From Bdellovibrionia bacterium (GTDB lineage: Bacteria > Bdellovibrionota > UBA1018): 64,000 nt of DNA. Made by a program: the position numbers and the translations under genes. Shown here piece after piece: positions 38,188-48,520 of this stretch. The DNA is taken from assembly GCA_049424145.1 (NCBI GenBank), contig JBMSSC010000001.1, forward strand, positions 1 through 64,000, in the 5' to 3' direction. Each line of letters begins with the position of its first letter. The first letter of the stretch is position 1. The notes under the pieces were generated by a model that worked only from the letters and a program-made list of their open reading frames with translations, ran no database searches and had not been told where the DNA came from.

Positions 38188-38856
38188 CTAGTTCTTCCGC
38201 CGCGTTGATGTCTTCGTCTTTGCGTAAGTCAGGAAGATCTCATCCCCCAAGACGGTGCATTGTCTGAGCTTGAGGTTCAAAACCTCGCTGGGTTTAAATC
38301 CTTGGCCATCGACCAACGAGGGAGCTGTGGCGCCGCCTACGATCTTTGGGGTGAGCGTGACATGGTACTCATCGATCAAGTTTTGGCTAGCAAAGTCCCA
38401 CATGACGCCCCCTCCTCCTTCGACTAAGATTCGGGTCAGGTTCTGGGCTTTTAAGTGAGTTAAAATTTGGCGAGCCACTGGGTGTTTGGGGCCCGGTTTT
38501 TTTAGGAGCACCACCTCCGAGCTTCGAGAGAAGCGCATGAGGGTGGATTTTTCAATCCCTTCGGTGACAAAGAGGATTCGGCGAATCTTGGAGCTTTTAA
38601 AAAACGGCCAGCGCGGATCTAAGCCTGCTAATCGAGAACTGATCAGAATATTGATGGGTTGCTTGGTCTGTCCTGAGATGACGCAGGGTTTTTGATAGAC
38701 TCTCATGGTGGAGGCTCCCATCACGATGGCATCACAACGCCTTCTTAAGACTTCCATCTGTTTGAGGTCCTCTGCCGTTCCTAAGGGAAAGAAGGAGCGT
38801 TCACAGGTTGCGATTTTTCCATCCAGACTCATGGCAAGGTTTGAGAAAACAAACAT
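38188..38856 (-). CDS. RibD C-terminal (reductase) domain protein
   Basis: AMSLDGKIA, DAIVMGAST, LVEGGG, IDEY..PKIVGG; no deaminase domain. Confidence 0.85.
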   Translation of the reverse strand: MFVFSNLAMSLDGKIATCERSFFPLGTAEDLKQMEVLRRRCDAIVMGASTMRVYQKPCVISGQTKQPINILISSRLAGLDPRWPFFKSSKIRRILFVTEGIEKSTLMRFSRSSEVVLLKKPGPKHPVARQILTHLKAQNLTRILVEGGGGVMWDFASQNLIDEYHVTLTPKIVGGATAPSLVDGQGFKPSEVLNLKLRQCTVLGDEIFLTYAKTKTSTRRKN

Positions 38857-38859
38857 GGA

Positions 38860-39501
38860 TCAACTCTCCTTGGATTGGGATGATTGAGGAGTGGGGGGGG
38901 TCTTTTTGTTCCCTAAGTACTGAAGCGCAATGAAGAAGATCTCCTTGCTTTCCTTGCGGGTGCTTTTAGGTCTTAACACTTCAATTCGGGCAAACTGGGC
39001 TCTGAGTTGCTTTCTTAAGCCTTCAAATTCGTCGCTGTGAAACAGCTTGCAGATAAAGGTGCCCTTGGGTTTTAAAAACAGTTCAGCACAGCTAAACGCT
39101 TTTTGGCAAAGCTCCAGCGAGCGAGCTTGGTCGGTGACTCGAATCCCGGTGGTTTTAGGGGCCATGTCCGAGAGCACCACATCAAAGGGGGGGCTGATGG
39201 AAGTCTGCTCAAATAACTTCTCCAAGGAGAGTTCTCTTAGGTCGCCTTGGAAAAAATAAGCATTGGGCAAAGTCAGTTCAATGGCTTGAAGATCGACGCC
39301 CAGGAGTCGTCCTTTGGGTCCAATTCTCTCAGACGCATACTGAGACCAGGAGCCGGGTGCCGCACCTAAGTCCAGCATCTTTTGAGCGGGTTTGAAAACC
39401 TTAAAGCGCTCGTCGATCTCTTTGAGCTTAAAGATGGAGCGGGCGACATAGTTTTCCTTCTTTGCTTGGAGAAAATAATAGTCTCTTGGATCGTACGCCA
39501 C
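38860..39501 (-). CDS. rlmE: 23S rRNA Um2552 2'-O-methyltransferase
   Basis: YVARSIFKL, LDLGAAPGSWSQ, VLSDMAP, K, SKE (K-D-K-E tetrad). Confidence 0.94.
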   Translation of the reverse strand: MAYDPRDYYFLQAKKENYVARSIFKLKEIDERFKVFKPAQKMLDLGAAPGSWSQYASERIGPKGRLLGVDLQAIELTLPNAYFFQGDLRELSLEKLFEQTSISPPFDVVLSDMAPKTTGIRVTDQARSLELCQKAFSCAELFLKPKGTFICKLFHSDEFEGLRKQLRAQFARIEVLRPKSTRKESKEIFFIALQYLGNKKTPPTPQSSQSKES

Positions 39502-39953
39502 AGTTTAAAACCTCATTCCTGTGTTATCGCTGACTTTGCCATGCTGGGGCTTTTGAAAAGTCGCGGCATGAGACGTCCGCCCTGAAGTGCGGAAGTTTCC
39601 AATTTTTTCCTCACTATACAGGGCAAAACAAGAAACGACTATCTGAACTTGCAAGGATCACATCGTCAAGCAATTCAGCGAGGCATTTTCACTGCATTGG
39701 AAGGGCGTTGCTTTTTGGGGCTCAATTCGTGGGTCTTTAGGTCTGGGAGTCGTGCCATGAGGTGACTGGGGAAGGTTTTGAGCCCATTTGACCTCAATCA
39801 GAGGGATTGAAGGCGTCCAGGAACGGAGTGAATCATCTTTGAAAATCGCGTGTTCAGATCCAGAGATCCAGAGATCCTGTTCGTGTGCTCTGAGAGATTC
39901 CGGTTTAAGGTCTTGTTTTTAAAAGGATGGGGCATGACTAGTTGCTTCGATCC

Positions 39954-39986
39954 TTGATTGATTAGCTTATTTAATATATTATTAAA
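39954..39986 (+). promoter_or_regulatory. Candidate promoter of RCC1 gene overlapped by 7-3-7 palindrome (second copy 43185..43217)
   Basis: TTGATT-17 nt-TATTAT; TTTAATA-tat-TATTAAA at 39970..39986 in an AT-rich patch. Confidence 0.4.
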
Positions 39987-40100
39987 ATGTAACTTAATGA
40001 GCAAAACTCGCTTGAGTTTGCGTGGGTTCGATTGGGCGGAATCGGCTTTGATTTCATGGGTTTTGGTTAGGGTAAGAATCCAAGGGTTGAAGGAGCGAAT

Positions 40101-42458
40101 TTGAGAGAGTTTTTTGAAAAAAAGCGTCAAGACCAGCCCCAAAAGAGGGTTTTACCTTGGCTCGGGTTAGTCGTGATTGGGTTGATCTGTGGGTCAATTT
40201 CCTCTCAAGCATCTTTATTTAATGTGATGTCGTTTCTCAAAACACAATGGGTGAATACTCCGTATAAGAGGATCACGGGAGGGGCTGGTGATTCTGGAGC
40301 TAATTCCCACACCTGTGGTCTCACGTTTCAGGGGCAACTCAAGTGTTGGGGTTGGAACTCCAGTGGGCAGCTTGGACTAGGAACGGTAGGAGTCGGAGTG
40401 AGTTCCCCGACGGCTATTGGAACGCCTTCGTTCGTTTCAGTCGCAGGGGGGTATCGCCATACGTGTGGAATTACAGCTAATCGGACTCTTCGGTGCTGGG
40501 GGTCTGATTCTTACGGTCAGGTGGGAAATGGTTCGCTGACCACCGCGGATCAAGCGTCTCCCGTGGCGATTGATTCATTAACCCCTTATGGCACTGTTGC
40601 GGCGGGAGGGTATCACACCTGCGGAATTACTCAGGCTGGAGATCTTAAATGTTGGGGCTGGAACAGCTCGGGACAACTCGGAAATGGAAATCCTGCTTCC
40701 GATGAGGCTTCGCCTTTCGGAATTGATTCTGGGACTTCTTACATTGAGATTACTGCGGGTTATGCTCATACCTGTGGAATTACAGGGGCTGGAGTTTTAA
40801 AATGCTGGGGCCTGAATTCCAGTGGGCAAGTGGGAAACGGGGTAGTCGGAGGATCTTCCACATCTCCTGTGGAGATTGACTCAGGGACACCCTATATCGC
40901 CGTTTCAGCGGGAGATGCTCATACCTGTGGGATTACCGGCGCTGGAGTGTTAAAATGCTGGGGCTCGGATTCGAACGGCAAGTTAGGAAACGGAACCTTA
41001 ACGTCGGCCGACCAGCCCTCACCTGTGGTGATTGATTCGGGGACAACCTATCTTGCAGTTTCTGCTGGTGTTGAGCATACGTGTGGAATTACGGGAAGTG
41101 GAGTGCTTAAATGCTGGGGAAGTGATGCGAACGGTCAGTTAGGCAATGGGTCCACCAGTGGGAATCAGTTCTCCCCAGTGGCGACTAATTCCGGGGCAAA
41201 TTATGTCGGGATTTGGTCCGGACGAAATCATACGTGTGCGATCACCAGTCGGGGGGTGCTTGAGTGCTGGGGGAGTGATGCCTCAGGCCAATTAGGAAAT
41301 GGTTCAACTTTGACTTCCGATGTCCTTTCCCCAGCATCCATTGATAAGGATAGGTTTCAAAAAGGCATCTATCAAAAAACGGCCACCTCGGGGGCCTTTA
41401 CTTCGTGCGGGGTGATGAATTCGGGTGTGCTCAGGTGCTGGGGGAGTGATGCATTTAGTCAGTTGGGCAACGGAGGGACAGGCAATCAGACGATTCCTCG
41501 AATCACAAACTCTGGAGAAATTTATCGACAAGTCTCTGTGGGAGGATATGAATCCAATAGCTCCCATGCTTGTGGCATAACAGGATCCAATCAACTCAAG
41601 TGTTGGGGGAGTAATACATCTGGGCAGGTGGGGATTGGGAACACGGCGGGTCCAGTGACGACTCCTCAATTGGTCAACGATCCGGGCACCCGGTATCGAA
41701 AAGTGAGTTTGGGCTGTTCACACACTTGCGGAATCACGACTGCAGGTCAGCTCAAGTGCTGGGGATATAATGGCTTTAGGGAGTTGGGTGGTCGAACCGG
41801 AGATTTAACGTCCCCAGGGGTCGTGGATTCGGGGAGCACATATCGAGACGTAGGAATGGGGTGTGGTTTCGGCTGTGGCATTACCACTCGTGGAGAGTTG
41901 AAATGCTGGGGGCAAAATACCTCGGGTCAAGTGGGTAATGGAACGAGTGGTAGCTCTCAGTCTACCCCTGTGGTCATTGATTCCGGGATGACCTACCGAG
42001 CGATTTCAGGGGGGTATAATTTCGCCTGCGGGATTGCCGCGAGCGGAACTTTGAAATGTTGGGGAAGCGATAACGCTGGACAGGTTGGGAACGGGGCAAC
42101 TACAGGAAACCAACTGACGCCTCAGCCTGTTAATGACCCAGGTACTGTTTACTCGGTGATTGCTTCAGGGTTCTACTATGCTTGCGGAATTACGGGTGTG
42201 GGAGCCTTAAAATGCTGGGGAAGTGATTCTGCAGGCCAATTAGGAAACGGCGCTGCAGTGAGTCAAGACTCTCCCATGTTAAGTGATTCGGGGACCTTAT
42301 ACACCGAGGTTGGATCTGCCCTGGGTTCAGCTAATTGGGGTCACAGCTGTGGAATCACGGTTGGGGGAATTCTCAGGTGCTGGGGACGCAATAACTCTGG
42401 GCAACTGGGCATCGGTAACACCGCGAATCAAACTTCCCCCGTTGATGTGGTTCGTTAA
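40101..42458 (+). CDS. Exported RCC1/BLIP-II-repeat protein, 14 repeats, copy 1
   Basis: 14 units of HTCGIT..LKCWG....GQLG; signal-like N-terminus ending SQA; AGGAG 5 nt before TTG. Confidence 0.9.
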   Translation: MREFFEKKRQDQPQKRVLPWLGLVVIGLICGSISSQASLFNVMSFLKTQWVNTPYKRITGGAGDSGANSHTCGLTFQGQLKCWGWNSSGQLGLGTVGVGVSSPTAIGTPSFVSVAGGYRHTCGITANRTLRCWGSDSYGQVGNGSLTTADQASPVAIDSLTPYGTVAAGGYHTCGITQAGDLKCWGWNSSGQLGNGNPASDEASPFGIDSGTSYIEITAGYAHTCGITGAGVLKCWGLNSSGQVGNGVVGGSSTSPVEIDSGTPYIAVSAGDAHTCGITGAGVLKCWGSDSNGKLGNGTLTSADQPSPVVIDSGTTYLAVSAGVEHTCGITGSGVLKCWGSDANGQLGNGSTSGNQFSPVATNSGANYVGIWSGRNHTCAITSRGVLECWGSDASGQLGNGSTLTSDVLSPASIDKDRFQKGIYQKTATSGAFTSCGVMNSGVLRCWGSDAFSQLGNGGTGNQTIPRITNSGEIYRQVSVGGYESNSSHACGITGSNQLKCWGSNTSGQVGIGNTAGPVTTPQLVNDPGTRYRKVSLGCSHTCGITTAGQLKCWGYNGFRELGGRTGDLTSPGVVDSGSTYRDVGMGCGFGCGITTRGELKCWGQNTSGQVGNGTSGSSQSTPVVIDSGMTYRAISGGYNFACGIAASGTLKCWGSDNAGQVGNGATTGNQLTPQPVNDPGTVYSVIASGFYYACGITGVGALKCWGSDSAGQLGNGAAVSQDSPMLSDSGTLYTEVGSALGSANWGHSCGITVGGILRCWGRNNSGQLGIGNTANQTSPVDVVR

Positions 42459-42483
42459 GTGAGGCTGGGTGGCGTGAGCGCGC

Positions 42484-42732
42484 TTAATAAGCATTGGGCA
42501 AAGTCAGTTCAATGGCTTGAAGATCGACGCCCAGGAGTCGTCCTTTGGGTCCAATTCTCTCAGACGCATACTGAGACCAGGAGCCGGGTGCCGCACCTAA
42601 GTCCAGCATCTTTTGAGCGGGTTTGAAAACCTTAAAGCGCTCGTCGATCTCTTTGAGCTTAAAGATGGAGCGGGCGACATAGTTTTCCTTCTTTGCTTGG
42701 AGAAAATAATAGTCTCTTGGATCGTACGCCAC
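42484..42732 (-). pseudogene. rlmE: 5' fragment (82 codons) of rlmE created by the duplication
   Basis: Identical to first 82 aa of rlmE; TAA formed at the junction. Confidence 0.9.
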
Positions 42733-45716
42733 AGTTTAAAACCTCATTCCTGTGTTATCGCTGACTTTGCCATGCTGGGGCTTTTGAAAAGTCGCGGCAT
42801 GAGACGTCCGCCCTGAAGTGCGGAAGTTTCCAATTTTTTCCTCACTATACAGGGCAAAACAAGAAACGACTATCTGAACTTGCAAGGATCACATCGTCAA
42901 GCAATTCAGCGAGGCATTTTCACTGCATTGGAAGGGCGTTGCTTTTTGGGGCTCAATTCGTGGGTCTTTAGGTCTGGGAGTCGTGCCATGAGGTGACTGG
43001 GGAAGGTTTTGAGCCCATTTGACCTCAATCAGAGGGATTGAAGGCGTCCAGGAACGGAGTGAATCATCTTTGAAAATCGCGTGTTCAGATCCAGAGATCC
43101 AGAGATCCTGTTCGTGTGCTCTGAGAGATTCCGGTTTAAGGTCTTGTTTTTAAAAGGATGGGGCATGACTAGTTGCTTCGATCCTTGATTGATTAGCTTA
43201 TTTAATATATTATTAAAATGTAACTTAATGAGCAAAACTCGCTTGAGTTTGCGTGGGTTCGATTGGGCGGAATCGGCTTTGATTTCATGGGTTTTGGTTA
43301 GGGTAAGAATCCAAGGGTTGAAGGAGCGAATTTGAGAGAGTTTTTTGAAAAAAAGCGTCAAGACCAGCCCCAAAAGAGGGTTTTACCTTGGCTCGGGTTA
43401 GTCGTGATTGGGTTGATCTGTGGGTCAATTTCCTCTCAAGCATCTTTATTTAATGTGATGTCGTTTCTCAAAACACAATGGGTGAATACTCCGTATAAGA
43501 GGATCACGGGAGGGGCTGGTGATTCTGGAGCTAATTCCCACACCTGTGGTCTCACGTTTCAGGGGCAACTCAAGTGTTGGGGTTGGAACTCCAGTGGGCA
43601 GCTTGGACTAGGAACGGTAGGAGTCGGAGTGAGTTCCCCGACGGCTATTGGAACGCCTTCGTTCGTTTCAGTCGCAGGGGGGTATCGCCATACGTGTGGA
43701 ATTACAGCTAATCGGACTCTTCGGTGCTGGGGGTCTGATTCTTACGGTCAGGTGGGAAATGGTTCGCTGACCACCGCGGATCAAGCGTCTCCCGTGGCGA
43801 TTGATTCATTAACCCCTTATGGCACTGTTGCGGCGGGAGGGTATCACACCTGCGGAATTACTCAGGCTGGAGATCTTAAATGTTGGGGCTGGAACAGCTC
43901 GGGACAACTCGGAAATGGAAATCCTGCTTCCGATGAGGCTTCGCCTTTCGGAATTGATTCTGGGACTTCTTACATTGAGATTACTGCGGGTTATGCTCAT
44001 ACCTGTGGAATTACAGGGGCTGGAGTTTTAAAATGCTGGGGCCTGAATTCCAGTGGGCAAGTGGGAAACGGGGTAGTCGGAGGATCTTCCACATCTCCTG
44101 TGGAGATTGACTCAGGGACACCCTATATCGCCGTTTCAGCGGGAGATGCTCATACCTGTGGGATTACCGGCGCTGGAGTGTTAAAATGCTGGGGCTCGGA
44201 TTCGAACGGCAAGTTAGGAAACGGAACCTTAACGTCGGCCGACCAGCCCTCACCTGTGGTGATTGATTCGGGGACAACCTATCTTGCAGTTTCTGCTGGT
44301 GTTGAGCATACGTGTGGAATTACGGGAAGTGGAGTGCTTAAATGCTGGGGAAGTGATGCGAACGGTCAGTTAGGCAATGGGTCCACCAGTGGGAATCAGT
44401 TCTCCCCAGTGGCGACTAATTCCGGGGCAAATTATGTCGGGATTTGGTCCGGACGAAATCATACGTGTGCGATCACCAGTCGGGGGGTGCTTGAGTGCTG
44501 GGGGAGTGATGCCTCAGGCCAATTAGGAAATGGTTCAACTTTGACTTCCGATGTCCTTTCCCCAGCATCCATTGATAAGGATAGGTTTCAAAAAGGCATC
44601 TATCAAAAAACGGCCACCTCGGGGGCCTTTACTTCGTGCGGGGTGATGAATTCGGGTGTGCTCAGGTGCTGGGGGAGTGATGCATTTAGTCAGTTGGGCA
44701 ACGGAGGGACAGGCAATCAGACGATTCCTCGAATCACAAACTCTGGAGAAATTTATCGACAAGTCTCTGTGGGAGGATATGAATCCAATAGCTCCCATGC
44801 TTGTGGCATAACAGGATCCAATCAACTCAAGTGTTGGGGGAGTAATACATCTGGGCAGGTGGGGATTGGGAACACGGCGGGTCCAGTGACGACTCCTCAA
44901 TTGGTCAACGATCCGGGCACCCGGTATCGAAAAGTGAGTTTGGGCTGTTCACACACTTGCGGAATCACGACTGCAGGTCAGCTCAAGTGCTGGGGATATA
45001 ATGGCTTTAGGGAGTTGGGTGGTCGAACCGGAGATTTAACGTCCCCAGGGGTCGTGGATTCGGGGAGCACATATCGAGACGTAGGAATGGGGTGTGGTTT
45101 CGGCTGTGGCATTACCACTCGTGGAGAGTTGAAATGCTGGGGGCAAAATACCTCGGGTCAAGTGGGTAATGGAACGAGTGGTAGCTCTCAGTCTACCCCT
45201 GTGGTCATTGATTCCGGGATGACCTACCGAGCGATTTCAGGGGGGTATAATTTCGCCTGCGGGATTGCCGCGAGCGGAACTTTGAAATGTTGGGGAAGCG
45301 ATAACGCTGGACAGGTTGGGAACGGGGCAACTACAGGAAACCAACTGACGCCTCAGCCTGTTAATGACCCAGGTACTGTTTACTCGGTGATTGCTTCAGG
45401 GTTCTACTATGCTTGCGGAATTACGGGTGTGGGAGCCTTAAAATGCTGGGGAAGTGATTCTGCAGGCCAATTAGGAAACGGCGCTGCAGTGAGTCAAGAC
45501 TCTCCCATGTTAAGTGATTCGGGGACCTTATACACCGAGGTTGGATCTGCCCTGGGTTCAGCTAATTGGGGTCACAGCTGTGGAATCACGGTTGGGGGAA
45601 TTCTCAGGTGCTGGGGACGCAATAACTCTGGGCAACTGGGCATCGGTAACACCGCGAATCAAACTTCCCCCGTTGATGTGGTTCGTTAAGTGAGGCTGGG
45701 TGGCGTGAGCGCGCTT
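42486..45716. repeat. Tandem duplication unit, copy 2 (3231 bp)
   Basis: Direct head-to-tail copy of 39255..42485; identity stops at 39254/42485 and 42486/45717. Confidence 0.95.
43332..45689 (+). CDS. Exported RCC1/BLIP-II-repeat protein, 14 repeats, copy 2
   Basis: Translation identical to 40101..42458. Confidence 0.85.
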   Translation: MREFFEKKRQDQPQKRVLPWLGLVVIGLICGSISSQASLFNVMSFLKTQWVNTPYKRITGGAGDSGANSHTCGLTFQGQLKCWGWNSSGQLGLGTVGVGVSSPTAIGTPSFVSVAGGYRHTCGITANRTLRCWGSDSYGQVGNGSLTTADQASPVAIDSLTPYGTVAAGGYHTCGITQAGDLKCWGWNSSGQLGNGNPASDEASPFGIDSGTSYIEITAGYAHTCGITGAGVLKCWGLNSSGQVGNGVVGGSSTSPVEIDSGTPYIAVSAGDAHTCGITGAGVLKCWGSDSNGKLGNGTLTSADQPSPVVIDSGTTYLAVSAGVEHTCGITGSGVLKCWGSDANGQLGNGSTSGNQFSPVATNSGANYVGIWSGRNHTCAITSRGVLECWGSDASGQLGNGSTLTSDVLSPASIDKDRFQKGIYQKTATSGAFTSCGVMNSGVLRCWGSDAFSQLGNGGTGNQTIPRITNSGEIYRQVSVGGYESNSSHACGITGSNQLKCWGSNTSGQVGIGNTAGPVTTPQLVNDPGTRYRKVSLGCSHTCGITTAGQLKCWGYNGFRELGGRTGDLTSPGVVDSGSTYRDVGMGCGFGCGITTRGELKCWGQNTSGQVGNGTSGSSQSTPVVIDSGMTYRAISGGYNFACGIAASGTLKCWGSDNAGQVGNGATTGNQLTPQPVNDPGTVYSVIASGFYYACGITGVGALKCWGSDSAGQLGNGAAVSQDSPMLSDSGTLYTEVGSALGSANWGHSCGITVGGILRCWGRNNSGQLGIGNTANQTSPVDVVR

Positions 45717-45816
45717 TAAAATCGTCTTATTTCAGGTGTGTTCCGAGAATGGGGTGATGCTGTGTCGTTGTCGTCTCTGGGTTGATTTGCCGCTTAGGCA
45801 CCTGAGGCAAGGCTCC

Positions 45817-46563
45817 CTAAACAATTCGGGCAAAAAACTTTCGAGTCTCCTCAGCCACATAGGCTTCAATGAGTTTGGCGTGAGCTGGGTTGATCCCCCG
45901 AAAAACGATTCCGACTTTGATCTTCTCTTCGGTGTCTGAGGGGTGGGATTTGGGTAGTCGCCTTAAATGCAGCACTTCACCGCAAAGGGTCAGGGTCTCG
46001 GATCGGAGGGAAATACTCATGCCCTCGATTCGTTGGCCCACGTAAAAGGGCATGCGCTCCTGGTCTTCTGTTAAAAAGGAAAGGCCTCCTGAGCTGATGT
46101 CGTAGATCTTCTTTCGGATGACGGTGGCGGAAGCTCGGGGGTCTACAAACTCAACTCGCAGGACGTAGCCTTGAAGGATGCGAAACCGCTGGTTTTTTCG
46201 TCGCTGAGCCCGAAACAGGCGCTTGGGAAGGGAGAACTCCAAGTGGGTGAATGAAGTGGAGATGAGCTGGGCTGGAAAAAAAAGAGTGGCTCGCTCCAAG
46301 GAGACGTTAAACAAACAGCGATCCCCTGCGGCTTGGAGCTTGGGATAGAACTCATCTCGATTGCAATCCAAAGGAGGGGTGGTGAAGATGAGTTTCTTCA
46401 ATTGGCTCAGTCCCATGAAAGAGCAGCGTTTGGGCTCGGGGTGCTCTTGAGTCCAAATGAGGGTGGCAGCGCTAATTTTTACCGCTTCATCAAAGTACTT
46501 GATGATTTCAAGCGGGTCGGTGACTTCGGTGAGTTCATTGGAGTGGCTTTGAGCCTCAGACAA
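45817..46563 (-). CDS. PilZ-domain c-di-GMP receptor (YcgR-like layout)
   Basis: QRRKNQR (RxxxR) and DISSGG (DxSxxG); start overlaps mreB stop. Confidence 0.85.
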   Translation of the reverse strand: MSEAQSHSNELTEVTDPLEIIKYFDEAVKISAATLIWTQEHPEPKRCSFMGLSQLKKLIFTTPPLDCNRDEFYPKLQAAGDRCLFNVSLERATLFFPAQLISTSFTHLEFSLPKRLFRAQRRKNQRFRILQGYVLRVEFVDPRASATVIRKKIYDISSGGLSFLTEDQERMPFYVGQRIEGMSISLRSETLTLCGEVLHLRRLPKSHPSDTEEKIKVGIVFRGINPAHAKLIEAYVAEETRKFFARIV

Positions 46564-47587
46564 TGGTCACCTTTCTGAGCAGGTCCATGTCTTGAAGGGC
46601 TTTTACTGAACCACGCACCACACAGGTTAATGGATCTTCAGCTAAGGCAACCGGGAGTCCTGTTTTTTCCTTAATCAAGATGTCGAGGTTGGCTAGGAGT
46701 GCTCCTCCCCCGGCTAAGATAATCCCATTATCGACAATATCGGCCGCCAGTTCTGGAGGAGTTCTCTCTAAGGCCGTTTTAATCGTGTCCACCACGGCCG
46801 ACACAGGCTCAGCAAGAGCATCTCGGATTTCCTCCGAGTTGACTTCAATGGTTTTAGGTGCCCCACTGATTAGGTCTCGTCCTTTGACTTCGTAGGTTTT
46901 CTCCTCTTCAAACGGATAGGCGCAGCCAATGGAGAGCTTAATCTGCTCAGCCGTTCGCTCTCCGATCAGAAGTGAGTATTTTCTCTTAATGTAGTTCACG
47001 ATGGCGTCATCAAACTTATCGCCTGCGACTCGAACGGATTTTGAGTAAACGATCCCGCCTAGGGAAATCACGGCCACTTCCGTGGTTCCGCCGCCGATAT
47101 CCACAATCATGTTTCCGCTCGGTTCTCGAATGGGAAGTCCTGCTCCCAGCGCTGCAGCCATGGGTTCCTCAATGAGGTAGACTTCGCGGGCCCCTGCGGA
47201 TTGAGCGGATTCTTTCACCGCTCGTTTTTCCACCTGAGTGATTCCAAAGGGAATGCAGATGATGATCCTGGGACGAATAAAGGTTCTTCGTTCACTGGAT
47301 TTATGGATGAAGTACTTGAGCATCGATTGGGTGACTTCAAAGTCGGCGATCACTCCATCTTTCAGAGGGCGAACGGCTTGGATGGACCCTGGGGTTCGCC
47401 CGAGCATGTCTTTGGCCTCTTTGCCAACGGCAAGTACGCGGGTTTGGCCCCGGGAGTTTCGGTGGATGGCAACCACGGAGGGCTCGTTGATGATGATGCC
47501 ACGATCCCTTGCGTAAACCAGCGTATTTGCGGTTCCTAAGTCAATTGCCAAGTCGTTTGCAAAAAAATCTAACATTTTCTTTAGCAT
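46556..47587 (-). CDS. mreB: Rod shape-determining protein MreB
   Basis: [50 protein letters not shown]. Confidence 0.97.
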   Translation of the reverse strand: MLKKMLDFFANDLAIDLGTANTLVYARDRGIIINEPSVVAIHRNSRGQTRVLAVGKEAKDMLGRTPGSIQAVRPLKDGVIADFEVTQSMLKYFIHKSSERRTFIRPRIIICIPFGITQVEKRAVKESAQSAGAREVYLIEEPMAAALGAGLPIREPSGNMIVDIGGGTTEVAVISLGGIVYSKSVRVAGDKFDDAIVNYIKRKYSLLIGERTAEQIKLSIGCAYPFEEEKTYEVKGRDLISGAPKTIEVNSEEIRDALAEPVSAVVDTIKTALERTPPELAADIVDNGIILAGGGALLANLDILIKEKTGLPVALAEDPLTCVVRGSVKALQDMDLLRKVTIV

Positions 47588-47604
47588 GAATGATTCACCA
47601 CTTA

Positions 47605-48465
47605 TCACCACTTATAATGACGAATGTGCTCGCCTCGCTCACTGATCTCACTCATCGCCTTCATTCCGACTTCTAAGTGCAGATCGGTGAACTTTTGGAA
47701 CACCGCTTTTGCCGACTTCTGAGTTTTAATTCCGCCTCGTCTTAAGGGAAGGTCCGAAACGAGAAGTAAGGCTCCAATGGGAACTTTACTGGCGAACCCG
47801 GCAACAAAGAGCGTGGCTGATTCCATCTCAATGGCCAAAGCGCGTTCTTCATACAACTGAGCCTTAAATCGTTGATCGAATTCCCAAAAACGATAATCAG
47901 TAGTATGAATGACACCGGTGCGATAATCCAAGTCTTTTTCGACTAAAATCTGAGAAACGAATTTTTGAATTTTAAACGTGGGTAAGGCAGGAACCTGAGG
48001 TGGCATGAAGTGCCGGGAAGCCCCTTCATCGCGGATGGCTGCCGTGGGGATGATGAAGTCCCCGACTTTCAATGAGCGATGCAGGCCTCCACACATTCCT
48101 AAGAGCAGGACTGCTGTGGGGTCTAAGGTGGCCAAAAGCTCGATGATCAAGGCTGCTGTGGGAGAGCCCATGGAAAAGTTGACGATCGACACTCCTGCTT
48201 TCTTGCTATGCACCGCACCCATGATGGACCCCTGGGTTCGGGACTCTCCTGAAAGTTGAGTGAATCGATTCAGATAGTAGTCAAAATTAGTGAGAATGAT
48301 CTGCTTTTGAAAGCTTTCCGGTGGACTACCCGTATAACGCGCCAGCATATCCCGAGCAATTTTATGCTTGTGGGCATTGGTGTAGATTCGATTATTATTT
48401 TGAATAATGAATGGATTAATAGAAAAATCTTCTGACTTCTTTATTTTACTTTTTTTCTGTTGCAC
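47605..48465 (-). CDS. amn: AMP nucleosidase, short PNP/UDP-family type
   Basis: [51 protein letters not shown]. Confidence 0.85.
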   Translation of the reverse strand: MQQKKSKIKKSEDFSINPFIIQNNNRIYTNAHKHKIARDMLARYTGSPPESFQKQIILTNFDYYLNRFTQLSGESRTQGSIMGAVHSKKAGVSIVNFSMGSPTAALIIELLATLDPTAVLLLGMCGGLHRSLKVGDFIIPTAAIRDEGASRHFMPPQVPALPTFKIQKFVSQILVEKDLDYRTGVIHTTDYRFWEFDQRFKAQLYEERALAIEMESATLFVAGFASKVPIGALLLVSDLPLRRGGIKTQKSAKAVFQKFTDLHLEVGMKAMSEISERGEHIRHYKW

Positions 48466-48471
48466 AGCTTC

Positions 48472-48500
48472 AGCTTACATTTGGCGTTTCCGCTAGACAA
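48472..48500 (-). promoter_or_regulatory. Sigma70-type promoter of amn-mreB-pilZ
   Basis: Minus strand TTGTCT-17 nt-TAAGCT, then 6 nt to GTG 48465. Confidence 0.55.
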
Positions 48501-48520
48501 GGGTATACTGGAGAGAAAAC

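Larger units (their letters stand above)
39255..42485. repeat. Tandem duplication unit, copy 1 (3231 bp)
   Basis: Matches 42486..45716 at offset 3231; all ORFs in both copies translate identically and spot checks of non-coding DNA found no differences. Confidence 0.95.

Noticed and set aside
39615..39670. c-di-GMP-I riboswitch suggested by CAGGGCAAA..GAAA
   Set aside because: No matching GACGCAAA segment or convincing P2/P3 stems.
39798..40142. 114-aa minus-strand ORF (and copy 43029..43373)
   Set aside because: No recognisable motif, crosses the AT-rich promoter region and overlaps the RCC1 start.
40300..42440. CRISPR-like periodic repeats (aaatgctgggg etc.)
   Set aside because: They are degenerate coding repeats of RCC1 blades in one open frame; no cas genes.
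40101..45689. Diversity-generating retroelement template/variable repeat pair
   Set aside because: Copies translate identically, no adenine-specific mismatches were noticed, the repeat is far too long, and there is no reverse transcriptase in the window.
39255..45716. Mobile element as the duplicated unit
   Set aside because: No transposase/integrase, terminal inverted repeats, att-like sites or target-site duplication.
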